Assembly (NCBI GenBank): GCA_018267095.1
Contig: JAFDZC010000017.1
Span: 142,431 to 206,430, forward strand
Source: Bacteroidota bacterium
GTDB lineage: Bacteria > Bacteroidota > Bacteroidia > Flavobacteriales > Flavobacteriaceae
Direction of reading: 5' to 3'
DNA: 64,000 nt
Below, one piece after another: positions 10,472 to 20,302 of the stretch; position 1 is the stretch's first letter; every line of letters starts with the position of its first letter. The translations under genes and the position numbers were made by a program. Under the pieces are notes generated by a model, which worked only from the letters and a program-made list of their open reading frames with translations, did no database searches and had not been told where the DNA came from.

Positions 10472-13400
10472 TTACAAACCTTTAATATCACTAATCCTAG
10501 AGTCTATATGTTTCCATTCATCAGGGGTTATGTTCCAATGCTCACACAATTGATTGTCGGTATATTGACCTTTATAAATGCCCAAGTCAGGAATAAAGGC
10601 AAATGCCTTTTTTGTTACGTGTTGAGAAATCACCGATTGGAGTAATAAGAAACGAACAGTCTTAGTTAAAAGATAAGATTTGAATGATATGGCTTCTTCT
10701 TCAGTATTAAATGCTCCAGCAATAATGTACGATTCAGTGCAGCATTCCCCGGGTTTTGCAATTCGAGTATTGCCATCATAATAAAAACCTACCGGTTTTG
10801 TAAAATCCGTTTGTCCTGCTATAGGAGCAGGAGGAACTAATAACTTCCATTTATCAATATAATTACCACTATCAACCACATCTTTTTTATCGGCAAATTG
10901 TAACCCTATTTTTTGAATAAACCAACAAGGAATGCCTTTCTTTTTTGGGCTGTAGTTTGTTGGCAACCCAAAGGGTTTTCTTGAAGAAACTCTTTCAGAT
11001 AATCTCGTCTTATCTTTATTTAAATTATGAACTTTATGAAGAATATCAATTGCTTTATTATCTCTAATTAAAATTTCAAATTCATTAAGTTTTCTTTCTA
11101 CTGAACTTAACTCGCCGTTCATTCGGTTTGTAATAGTACAGTCTCCATCATAATTTTTGTCCCAAAGGAAATAACAAAGACCGCCAGCAATATCAACATT
11201 AGTAAATAGTTCAGTAGCATTCGGAAAGTCATGTAGAGCTGAAAGTCTTTTATCATTTAGCATAGAACCTCTAAATTCGTCCAAACCTTTCCCTCCAGCA
11301 TACCAACGGGCGGGCATAATCATCGAAATATAATCAGGCTTCATCTTTTTGGCAATGTCAACAAAATAATTGTAAACTGGCTTTGCACTAACACTATTTC
11401 CCCCATCCATTTCCTGGTAAGGTGGATTTCCAACTATTGCATTAAATTTCATATTGTCGTCATTATTAGTTTTCCAATAGGTTTTACCTTGTTTTACTTT
11501 TTCTAAAAAGTTTGTTTGTTTGTGTATAATTTGGTTCACCAAATCTTCAAAATATCGTGTGTTTACTTTTGCATTTCGGAATCCAATTAAAGTCCGCTTG
11601 GTAATACTTTTTGCCATGGGTGTTTTGCAAATCACAAAAATATTTTCAGCTACTACTTTGTCCCATATTTCATGCTGTTGCTCTAGTGTAGGAGGCTTGT
11701 TTTTATCAGGATAATTGGTGATAACAATGTTTTTATAAATACCATAAGCCATATACAGCGGATATAAACCCGACTTTGAATTGATTTCTAATATTTTAGA
11801 GTCGGTATGAAATATACTATTAGTAACGTCAGTATGATTTACAAAACGAGGCTCTTGTAATTTCTTTTCATAGTTCTCATCAAAAAAAGCATAACCACCA
11901 AGACAATCCCCCATGTGCATATTTACCACGCGCCAAGGCGTTAAGACCGTTTCTTTGTCAGGATTTCTAAACGTACTAAAGATGGTGGTGATGCTTTCAA
12001 TTCGTTCTTCAATGGTATATTGGTCGGTTGCCCTTGCCATGTTTCGAATTTTTTTCCCGGCTGCTCTAAAAACATCTTGGTCGTAATATTTTTCAAAACT
12101 TTTAAATACTTTTTTACTCACACCCTTGGGCATAAATTCTTCCCAAGATTGGTCATCAATCAATTCCGTAAAATTTTTAATGTTAAGTTCCTTGTCTTCA
12201 TCCTTTACATTAGCTCCATAAATAAGCAAGGGCATACGAATTGAAATACCTCTCAAAATAGAAATAGCACTATCTCTATTTTTGCGTTGTTCTTCTCGCT
12301 CTTTTAAAAGTCTTTTTTCCTCTTCTGTAAGTTCTTGTTTGGTTCTATTTTTCTTTTCGGCTCTTTCTAATGTTTCAAATTCTTCATTAGTAAATCCTTG
12401 TTTATTGATGTCAATATCACCACTTTTTGCCATGGCTTTCGTGCTACCAATAATCCCTTTGAGGGTTTTAAAATCTTTAAGTTCTACATCGTCCAATTTC
12501 ATGAGTTGGTCTTTGTTGTACAGATAACTATCTTCAAACCCATTGCTTACTACTTTTTCGATATATACTTTTTTGAGCTGTTCCAGCATTCCTTCAACTG
12601 CATATGCTTTCATTTTGGAACCATCTACAGCAATAATAGGGCAGAAGTTAAGAAACTCGCCCATAATGACACGGTCAGTGTCCGTTGTTTTTCCTGCTTT
12701 TGCGGATATTTTTGCTGCTTCAGCAATAACTTTCAAAGTTCTGTCGGGAGCAAAATCAAAAACAAAGCACTCTTCTTTAACTCTGCCGTTAATGGTAGCA
12801 GGTGTTTGAACTCTAAAAATAGTTTGCATATATGTAGAGGCTGCGGTATTATATGAGCCTGATAACATAAAGACAGCTGTCCAAGCAGGTACAGAAACAC
12901 CAGTAGTCAATCTTCCACAGGATAGCGTTATTGTATAAGTTTCATGAGGCTTTTTGGTTATAGCATTTTGTACTTTAATAAGTGCTTCATCATTTGTCTC
13001 TTCTTCATCACCATCACCTGCAACATTTACAATCTTAAATTGACCAAAAACAGGATGCGTTTGCAACAAAGCACTCAATGCTTTTGCTTCTTTTACACCA
13101 GGAACCATCCATAAAGAATGCCTAAAATTATCTCTATACTCAGTAGTAGCATAGGGGTAGTTACTTTCCTGATCAGCCTTGCAAATTAAATTTAAAAAGG
13201 ATTTTACATCATTTTCATGTAAGAAATTACCAATTTCATTTACTCTAAAGAATTCTCTAAAATTAAAAGCTAATTCTTCATCGATGAACTTTTTTAGAAG
13301 TTTACCAAGATCATAGGTATAAATGTTTAATCGCGGTAATGATGCATAAGGATTAGGGTCGCCAAAATGAATAGAATCCCATTCTGACTTTGCTCTTTGT

Positions 13401-14410
13401 TCCATTACATAATCCCACGTATATATTTCTTCTTCACTGTAATTATCAAATAAATTAAACGGAGTTCCTGAAAGTTGGAGAACTTTAGTTGTAGACTTTT
13501 TTAATTCCTTTAAAACACTATTACCTAGTTCGGTTTGGGTTCCTTCGTGCGCTTCATCAACAATGATAAAATCCCAAAGAGTATTGAAAATTTCATTGTT
13601 TTTGTCAAAATTCCCACCCACTTGTGCCGAACCTCTTAAATCTTGCATCGAAGCAAAATAGATGTATTTAATTTTACTTTTAGTGTGAAGTTTTTCTAGA
13701 GTTTCAAATGAATCTCCTTTGTTTTTAGAACCATATGTAAAGTTGGGTTTATCGTAGAATATCTTTCCAAAATCCTCAAACCATCCATCATTTACAACTG
13801 GTCTGTGGGTTAAAATAAGTGTCTTGTTAAAATCTAATTCTTTTACAACTTGTAAAGCAGATAAGGTTTTACCAAAACGCATTTTGGCATTCCAAAGCAT
13901 GTCATTACTTTTTTTAAACTGCTTTATTGTTTTATCAATTGCTTCTTTTTGTTCTGGCCTGAATGATACAGGATTTTTTTCAATTGATTTTTCTATTTGT
14001 CTTAGTGAATCTCTTCCGTCTTTAACTGCTTTGATAGCATTTTTTACGGTTTCAAGATCGGTTTCAAACCATTCATTAGCTTTTCGTTTGGTATCAAAAA
14101 TCTTTTTGTTAATTCCCGAACGAGTTAATACTTGATGCACTTCCGAGTCGGAAAAAGATTTTAAACCTTCTTTTGAATTGAAAATTGTTACTTCAGTATA
14201 TAACAAATCATAACTTAAACCAGCAGTTTGTGTATATTGATTTATTCGTCTTTTGGCTGCCTCGTTTAGAATTTTACTGTTGGGTTCTAGCCCCCAGATA
14301 TTTTCATTGTCAGCAGTTGTTTCACCAATTTTTAAACAGCCTTTGTGTACAGCATCATTAATGCGAAACACATAGATCAATTTTAGTTTTAATGTTGATG
14401 TAAACTTCAT
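10472..14410 (-). CDS. Type ISP/IIG-like RM enzyme: T5orf172/GIY-YIG nuclease + SF2 helicase + N6-adenine MTase (Eco57I-like) + TRD
   Basis: LIYVF..LKIGET; AKMRFGKT; IVDEAH; SGTP; AIVGNPPYQ; IMPARW. Confidence 0.85.
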   Translation of the reverse strand: MKFTSTLKLKLIYVFRINDAVHKGCLKIGETTADNENIWGLEPNSKILNEAAKRRINQYTQTAGLSYDLLYTEVTIFNSKEGLKSFSDSEVHQVLTRSGINKKIFDTKRKANEWFETDLETVKNAIKAVKDGRDSLRQIEKSIEKNPVSFRPEQKEAIDKTIKQFKKSNDMLWNAKMRFGKTLSALQVVKELDFNKTLILTHRPVVNDGWFEDFGKIFYDKPNFTYGSKNKGDSFETLEKLHTKSKIKYIYFASMQDLRGSAQVGGNFDKNNEIFNTLWDFIIVDEAHEGTQTELGNSVLKELKKSTTKVLQLSGTPFNLFDNYSEEEIYTWDYVMEQRAKSEWDSIHFGDPNPYASLPRLNIYTYDLGKLLKKFIDEELAFNFREFFRVNEIGNFLHENDVKSFLNLICKADQESNYPYATTEYRDNFRHSLWMVPGVKEAKALSALLQTHPVFGQFKIVNVAGDGDEEETNDEALIKVQNAITKKPHETYTITLSCGRLTTGVSVPAWTAVFMLSGSYNTAASTYMQTIFRVQTPATINGRVKEECFVFDFAPDRTLKVIAEAAKISAKAGKTTDTDRVIMGEFLNFCPIIAVDGSKMKAYAVEGMLEQLKKVYIEKVVSNGFEDSYLYNKDQLMKLDDVELKDFKTLKGIIGSTKAMAKSGDIDINKQGFTNEEFETLERAEKKNRTKQELTEEEKRLLKEREEQRKNRDSAISILRGISIRMPLLIYGANVKDEDKELNIKNFTELIDDQSWEEFMPKGVSKKVFKSFEKYYDQDVFRAAGKKIRNMARATDQYTIEERIESITTIFSTFRNPDKETVLTPWRVVNMHMGDCLGGYAFFDENYEKKLQEPRFVNHTDVTNSIFHTDSKILEINSKSGLYPLYMAYGIYKNIVITNYPDKNKPPTLEQQHEIWDKVVAENIFVICKTPMAKSITKRTLIGFRNAKVNTRYFEDLVNQIIHKQTNFLEKVKQGKTYWKTNNDDNMKFNAIVGNPPYQEMDGGNSVSAKPVYNYFVDIAKKMKPDYISMIMPARWYAGGKGLDEFRGSMLNDKRLSALHDFPNATELFTNVDIAGGLCYFLWDKNYDGDCTITNRMNGELSSVERKLNEFEILIRDNKAIDILHKVHNLNKDKTRLSERVSSRKPFGLPTNYSPKKKGIPCWFIQKIGLQFADKKDVVDSGNYIDKWKLLVPPAPIAGQTDFTKPVGFYYDGNTRIAKPGECCTESYIIAGAFNTEEEAISFKSYLLTKTVRFLLLQSVISQHVTKKAFAFIPDLGIYKGQYTDNQLCEHWNITPDEWKHIDSRISDIKGL

Positions 14411-15423
14411 ATTTTCTTATTTTTCAAAAGATCTACAAAAAATAGTTTTCTCCCCTTTTTTCCTGTTTTTAGATCTTTATTGCTCCAGTCTTTAATTATA
14501 CATTTAATACCACTATGCTTAGTAATATCATTATTTAAACATCCTTCGCAGAAGAATGTTTTGCTCTCAATTTCGCCAAATAAATTTTGATTAATTTTTA
14601 CAGTTGAGCTGCAGCTATTGGGTATAACTCCTTTCAGTCCATCCATTTGCCAAACATTCCATGATATTATATATGATATATATTGTATCGATTTTAGCAA
14701 TGGTTCTTTTCCAAATTTTGCAGTGTAGTTTTCAATAAAACTAAAAAGCATTGCCTCACGTGCCAAAAGTAAACTATCACCTTGCCATTCAAAAGCATAA
14801 GTGCTCTTATATGCGGTTTGTGCTGCTTCTAACCATTCTCCCGTAGTTTCTACATTTTCATTAATTATTCTAAGTTTTCTGTCTAACATACCAATTCTAT
14901 TCTCAATTGAAATGAATTCGCCTGTTGTTGTGTCATATCTGCTTGTTATGTAGGGTGCTTCACCGCAAGAAATTTCAAGACGAGTATCTCTAATGTAATG
15001 CTTCCAGCTTTTTCCTTCAGGGAAAACTATTTTATCAATGGTTGTCTCCCAACTTCTTGAACCGTCAGCATTAATAATCTCAATGTTAAAAATGTTACCT
15101 CTACCAAACCATTCATTATCAATTAGATTGTTCTGTGAATTGCATATCCATGAAGGAGTAAAAACTTCAGCCATGTCTCTCACTCTTGATTGTTGTAAAG
15201 TTTTATCCTTTTTTATACGGGGCATTATAACATGACCGTTCAAACCAGTTATGAGATTCGGCAATATTTCAGAATTAAAATCAAATCCAGCTCCCAAGTC
15301 TTTGTAATTGTTAGTTCCCCAAAAAATATTTTTTTGAGTAGTATGGTCACGTAATAAAATTTCTAATACATCAGGGTATTTTTCTCGTATATCGTTTTCT
15401 AGTATGTCAACTTCAAAGTGCAT
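14407..15423 (-). CDS. RM-associated methyltransferase N-terminal-half protein
   Basis: AEVFTP and LEISCGEAPY (motif I-like), NVWQMDGL; no NPPY motif; 4-nt overlap with the large RM gene. Confidence 0.75.
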   Translation of the reverse strand: MHFEVDILENDIREKYPDVLEILLRDHTTQKNIFWGTNNYKDLGAGFDFNSEILPNLITGLNGHVIMPRIKKDKTLQQSRVRDMAEVFTPSWICNSQNNLIDNEWFGRGNIFNIEIINADGSRSWETTIDKIVFPEGKSWKHYIRDTRLEISCGEAPYITSRYDTTTGEFISIENRIGMLDRKLRIINENVETTGEWLEAAQTAYKSTYAFEWQGDSLLLAREAMLFSFIENYTAKFGKEPLLKSIQYISYIISWNVWQMDGLKGVIPNSCSSTVKINQNLFGEIESKTFFCEGCLNNDITKHSGIKCIIKDWSNKDLKTGKKGRKLFFVDLLKNKKI

Positions 15424-15540
15424 TTATAAATGATATGAATTTGTACTAAAGCTTTTACAAGTTATTTGTATTACTCTAGGAAATTATTTTCCCAAACCTA
15501 CCAAATTTTCCGCATGCACCCAAGCAAAGCGGTATCTATA

Positions 15541-15882
15541 TTAACGGCTCATCGTCAGACTTTCGACCCCCAACTTTTCATATACATAACTGCCCTCAAT
15601 GGCACTCATAAAATACTCGGTAAATAAGTAATGCTCACCAATAAAGGCTTTACAGTAGCCGCAGGTATTGGCCGGGTAGGTGGTTTGTTGGGTGCGCGAA
15701 TATTGGGGTTGTATGGTGGCTCCGTGTTGCTGGGCCAGCTCGGTAAGTTGTGGGTTAAAGCCCTCGGGGCCATAAAAGTGGTGTGGGGCCGCGCCTTTGA
15801 TCATGGCTACTTTAACGGGTTTACGACACTTCCAGCATTGTGCATGCACCAAATACAGATGGGCGCTAGGGTTGTGGCTCAT
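15541..15882 (-). CDS. Small Zn-binding hypothetical protein
   Basis: CWKC...CGYC pairs; YSRT...Y.AN.C motif. Confidence 0.55.
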   Translation of the reverse strand: MSHNPSAHLYLVHAQCWKCRKPVKVAMIKGAAPHHFYGPEGFNPQLTELAQQHGATIQPQYSRTQQTTYPANTCGYCKAFIGEHYLFTEYFMSAIEGSYVYEKLGVESLTMSR

Positions 15883-15910
15883 ATCGGGTTGTGATTGCGT
15901 TGCCCAATAT

Positions 15911-15970
15911 TAGGGGTTTTCCTGCAACTTTTATTAGGGGAAACCCTAGTAAGGTGAGGGGATTTTGCCT
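15911..15970. promoter_or_regulatory. Tandem TAGGG-N4-CCCTA-like operator array
   Basis: TAGGGGTTTTCCTG (15911), TAGGGGAAACCCTA (15935) and a weaker third copy; matches the site at 31011. Confidence 0.45.
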
Positions 15971-16064
15971 AAGCGAACGCTTCGTTTTGAGACCGCTGCG
16001 CTTTAGGACACGGCTTCGCCTTTGGACCGCTGCGCTTTTAGAGGGTTGTCAGGGTCGGTTAGAC

Positions 16065-17026
16065 GGGTGTTTCAAAACAAACATTCTGCAAAAAGAGTCA
16101 TCGCTCATGATATGTTTTAGTCAGTTAGCGTCAGCAACTCAGGTACTCAGTATCTAAGGCACTCAGTAACTCAGTCACATGGAGTTGTTTTGGAGCGCAA
16201 AGTTGCTCAAAGTCAAAACGAAGTTTAATAAGGTTTAAAAAGTTTAAGAAGTTTAAGAAGTTTGGTTGCAACATGCTGTTGCACGGATTATCGCTTATGA
16301 AATGTTTTATTCGGTGTGCGTCAGCCCCCGGCGTCTTAAAAAAAGCGTACATAAAAAGAGGTCTTTGAAACCGTTAAGAACCAGGTGTGTTTGAACGCAG
16401 CGCAGCGGAGCGAAACCTTTAGGTTCACGAATACCTTAGGCAAAAATATTAAGGGATGAGTAATTCGGCTGGTTTAGGTTTGAAGGCCCTTTTTATAGCT
16501 TTTTTTGAGTGGCCGTGTGACTTTTTTGTTACTTTTTTTACCTCACTTAACAATGTTATATAAAGGAGTTCGGTGAATCTCGTTGAGCAAGATTGGTCAA
16601 ACCATTACATTCAGCGCAACTCGATTTGGCTACGGAAAAAAAGTAAAGCGCTAAAATCTATTTCAATGCTTATCGGTTACGAGGGTGTTTCAAAACAAAC
16701 ATTCCTCAAAACGATTCATCACTCATGAAAGTTTTATTCAGTGTGCGTCAAGCTACTCAGGCACTCAGCAACTCAGTCACATGGAGTTGTTTTGGAGCAC
16801 AAAGTAGCTCAAAGTCAGCACGAAGTTGAATAAGGTTTAAAAAGTTTGGGAACGCAAAGTAGCTCAAAGTCAAAACGAAGTTTAATAAGGTTTAAAAAGT
16901 TTAAGAAGTTTGGTTGCAACATGCTGTTGCACGGATCATCGCTCATGGAATGTTTTATTCGGTGCGCGACAGCTGCTCAGGCACTCAGTAACTCAGTAAC
17001 TCAGTAACTCAGGCACTCAGTAACTC
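16065..17026. repeat. Modular intergenic repeat array (two ~260-290 bp units plus ACTCAG 8-mer tandems)
   Basis: Units 16065-16325 and 16683-16973 share GGGTGTTTCAAAACAAACATTC, CACATGGAGTTGTTTTGGAGC, CTCAAAGTCAAAACGAAGTTTAATAAGG and GGTTGCAACATGCTGTTGCACGGA. Confidence 0.9.
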
Positions 17027-17135
17027 TTGAATAGTGCAAACAAAAAAACCTCTAAAACCATTCGTTGTGATTCTAAAGGGTTCGTTGTATTACAACGAGC
17101 TTTTACCCAAGAAAAGCTGGTTTATTTATTCAAGA

Positions 17136-17588
17136 TTAATTTCCGTCATCTTCGCTGTCGTCGTCAATTCCGTCATTGTCGTCATCAGTATCTTCTGAAT
17201 CAGGGGTGCCGTCGTTGTCGTCATCGGTATCTGAAACGTCCGGAGTACCGTCGTTGTCATCATCGGTATCATCATCATCACTAACGCCATCGTTGTCAAA
17301 ATCATCATCGGCATCATCGTCAACATCGTCGCTAATTCCGTCGTTGTCATCATCGGTATCTACCTCGTCTGAGATACCATCGTTATCATCATCTTCATCT
17401 TCGATATCACTGATACCGTCATTGTCGTCATCGGGATCTAGGTTGTTGTTGATTCCGTCGTTGTCAAAATCAACACTTTTGTTGGAGTTGTTGTTGCTCT
17501 TGGATGAGCTGTCGCTAGAGCAGGCATTTAAAAATAATAGACAAATAAATAAGGCTACAAAAAAAGAAGTAAATCTTAGGTTTTTCAT
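17136..17588 (-). CDS. Asp-rich Ca-binding repeat lipoprotein (thrombospondin type-3-like DxDxDG repeats)
   Basis: LNAC lipobox; repeated D.DDDNDG..D units. Confidence 0.8.
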   Translation of the reverse strand: MKNLRFTSFFVALFICLLFLNACSSDSSSKSNNNSNKSVDFDNDGINNNLDPDDDNDGISDIEDEDDDNDGISDEVDTDDDNDGISDDVDDDADDDFDNDGVSDDDDTDDDNDGTPDVSDTDDDNDGTPDSEDTDDDNDGIDDDSEDDGN

Positions 17589-17835
17589 TGTTTTGATTTT
17601 TAGGATTAGTGCCGAAAAATACAAAAATATTTTTTCGACAAAAACTTTTTTCACGGGCATAATAGACCGTTAGAGCTTTAGTGATTTGATGTTTGTATTT
17701 TATAATTCTCTCGTCAAGATTTTAAAATGAAACAGTTTTTAAAAGTTTCTGCGATGCAAAAGACCCTTTTTTGGTGCGTGTATTGACCTGAAAAAAAACT
17801 CAGGTTACGTTTGTAATGATTACCTTGAGCCAACC

Positions 17836-19095
17836 CTAAAACTGCAAATATATCAAGGCCGCAGCCGCAGCGCTCATGACCACCAAAGCTGTAAACCCCA
17901 AGATGTTGGTGGTTTTTGAATTGACATGGGCGCCCATGATTTTGGGGTTGTTTGAAATGTGCAAGATGATGGCAATGAGCACCGGAGCCGTCAGCCCATA
18001 GAGGATGGCCGTGTAGATGAGCGATTCAATAGGCGTAATGCCAACGTAGTTGAGCGACAAACCCAATATAAGCGATAGGGCAATGATCACATAAAACGCT
18101 TTGGCCTCGTGGAATTTTTTATCGAGCCCTTGTTGCCAACCAAAGGTTTCAGTGATGATGTATGAAATAGAACCACTCAGTACCGGAATGGCTATGAGCC
18201 CGGTGCCGATGACCCCGATGGCAAAGAGCAAATAGGCGAGGTTTCCGGCCAAGGGTTTCAAGGCTTGGGCGGCTTGCTCAACGGTGTCAATTTGGTGGAT
18301 GCCTCCTTGAAACAGCACCGTGCCTGTGGTGAGGATGATAAAATACATGACAAATCCTGAGACGGTCATGCCAAAATCAACATCTTGGTTGATGGTGTGG
18401 ATGATTTTTTTGTTGACCATGAGGTGTTTGCGTTTGTCTTTGAATTCTTCGACTTCTATTGATGCTTGCCAAAAAAATAGATAAGGCGATATGGTGGTTC
18501 CGAGGATACCCACCAGAATAGCAATGAAGTTTTTATCCCACTGCAGGGTTGGTAAAAATGTAGCTTTTAAAACTTCGGTAAGATCTTGTTTGTATAAAAA
18601 AGGCACGACAAAATATACCAGCATCACCAAGCAAAGATACTTGAGTACGGCCGCTATTTTTTGGTAGGGCAAATAAATGATAAGCCCCAAGAGTATGATG
18701 GTAAACACCACACTAAAATAATTGGCCTCTATTTTTGGGAACAACAAATTGCCCACAGCCCCCATACCGGCAATGTCAGCGCCGATGTTCATGACGATGG
18801 CCGGAAAACTAAACAGCAGCATGAGGTATAAAATGGGTTTGGGGTAGTGTTTTTTGAGCGTTCCCGTAAGTCCCTGGGCGGTAACCAGGCCAATGCGTGC
18901 ACACATTTGTTGTATAGCGGCCATGAGCGGAAAAGCCACAATAGCCGTCCATAAGGTAGCCAGCCCATAAGCAGCTCCGGCTTGTGAGTAGGTAGCAATG
19001 CCCGAAGGGTCATCATCGCTGGCGCCGGTAACCAGTCCGGGACCTAGTTTTTTCCAGTGTTGTAAGAGGGTAGATTTGCGCGCTGTTTTTTTCAT
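17836..19095 (-). CDS. NRAMP-family divalent metal transporter
   Basis: LGPGLVTGASDDDPSGIATY and GTTISPYLFFWQ motifs; ~11 TM helices. Confidence 0.9.
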   Translation of the reverse strand: MKKTARKSTLLQHWKKLGPGLVTGASDDDPSGIATYSQAGAAYGLATLWTAIVAFPLMAAIQQMCARIGLVTAQGLTGTLKKHYPKPILYLMLLFSFPAIVMNIGADIAGMGAVGNLLFPKIEANYFSVVFTIILLGLIIYLPYQKIAAVLKYLCLVMLVYFVVPFLYKQDLTEVLKATFLPTLQWDKNFIAILVGILGTTISPYLFFWQASIEVEEFKDKRKHLMVNKKIIHTINQDVDFGMTVSGFVMYFIILTTGTVLFQGGIHQIDTVEQAAQALKPLAGNLAYLLFAIGVIGTGLIAIPVLSGSISYIITETFGWQQGLDKKFHEAKAFYVIIALSLILGLSLNYVGITPIESLIYTAILYGLTAPVLIAIILHISNNPKIMGAHVNSKTTNILGFTALVVMSAAAAALIYLQF

Positions 19096-19115
19096 TTTAT
19101 GATGCAGGCGTTTGT

Positions 19116-19625
19116 TTAATTTTTGGTGGTATGCGCTTTTTTATACTCATTAAACTCTTCTTGAGTCATAAAATTGGTTCCTTGCCCGAGTACATAATAC
19201 CATTTGCCGTGGTCTTTGATGTAGGTTTCTGACCGAATGACTTTAAAGTGTAAATCGCCTTCGGGGGTATTGAAAACCACATTGGCTACTTTGGTTTTGA
19301 TGGCGGTTTGCCCGTTAAAGATGCGCACGAGTTCGGTGCCAGGCACAGATTCTACTGATTTAAAGGTCATACCGTTGCGGGCAAACTTCTGAAATTCTTC
19401 TTCAAGCCCATAAGCAATAGAACCGTCAGCACCAATGCTGATCGAATTGTCGTTGAGCGACAGGGCCGGGTCAAAGATGTTCGAGATGCTGTTGATGATT
19501 TTGCGGTCTTCGGGATAATCGGTGGTGTTGTATTTGCCCGGTGGCGGTGCTTGGGCAGTGAGCGATGGGGTGTGTAAAACGGTGTATAATCCTAAAATAA
19601 TGTAGTGAAAGGTTTTGTTTTTCAT
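19116..19625 (-). CDS. Secreted NTF2-like (DUF4440-like) protein
   Basis: Signal peptide; C-terminal IRSETYIKDHGKWY.V..Q.T strand pattern. Confidence 0.55.
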   Translation of the reverse strand: MKNKTFHYIILGLYTVLHTPSLTAQAPPPGKYNTTDYPEDRKIINSISNIFDPALSLNDNSISIGADGSIAYGLEEEFQKFARNGMTFKSVESVPGTELVRIFNGQTAIKTKVANVVFNTPEGDLHFKVIRSETYIKDHGKWYYVLGQGTNFMTQEEFNEYKKAHTTKN

Positions 19626-19983
19626 GGTTTTTTGCGTTTTAAATAAAGTAACGTATCAAACACTTGATTGTAATGTGCTCTTTATAAGCAAACAATTTTA
19701 TGTTGATAGGCTAAGCTAATAAAAAACCAGAAGCCAAGCGATGTAAAAAAGATATTTGTGGGCTAGATTCTTTGCTTCATAAAAAAAACGGCTGTTGATG
19801 AGCCGTTTATTGCGTTTATTTCGGGTTGCGCAAAGCAAGGTGATTTTATCTGACCCATTCGTTTTGGGCAGAGGGGTCAAACTTCTTGATTGAGATATGC
19901 TTCGAGCTTTTTGAGGTATTGCATCCAACCTTTGGAGCAATTGTCATAACATTCAATGCCGGTAACCAGGCCTAGGTAGGTGA

Positions 19984-20187
19984 CTTACACCTCTAGATTA
20001 TTTGCAACGCGTCAAGATTGAAGCAGCCAAGAAGCTATTTGAAACTTCCCGAAAAACGGTCAATGAGATTATGTATGAAGTAGGTTATAACGACGCCAAA
20101 GCTTTTCGAGAGGTGTTTAGCCGTATTACCGGGTTGACGCCTTTTGACTATAAATCAAAATACAATCAAGATCGGGTGTGGGTTTAA
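19984..20187 (+). pseudogene. C-terminal remnant of a GlxA-type AraC regulator
   Basis: LTPLDYLQRVKIEAAKKLFE..VGYND..FR.VF...TGLTP..Y preceded by an in-frame TGA (19981); N-terminal domains absent. Confidence 0.75.
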
Positions 20188-20212
20188 AATAAGGCAACAC
20201 TGGACTAGTAAG

Positions 20213-20287
20213 TCATGACTAATGAAATGTTTTATTTAGTGCTCGTCAGCTACTCAGTATCTCAGTTTCTCAGTAACTCAGGCACTC
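20213..20287. repeat. Fifth copy of the ~38-bp module plus ACTCAG tandem
   Basis: TCATGACTAATGAAATGTTTTATTTAGTGCTCGTCAGC followed by TACTCAGTATCTCAG...; same module as in 16098-16973. Confidence 0.75.
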
Positions 20288-20302
20288 TTTCATAATACAC
20301 AA

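Noticed and set aside
16065-17026. CRISPR array
   Set aside because: Modules are irregularly spaced, sequences between them are themselves repeated, and no cas genes are present.
17176-17673. Ser-rich 165-aa ORF on the plus strand
   Set aside because: Antisense shadow of the Asp-repeat lipoprotein.
19716-19940. 74-aa minus-strand ORF
   Set aside because: TTG start, no motifs, overlaps a terminator-like hairpin in an intergenic region.
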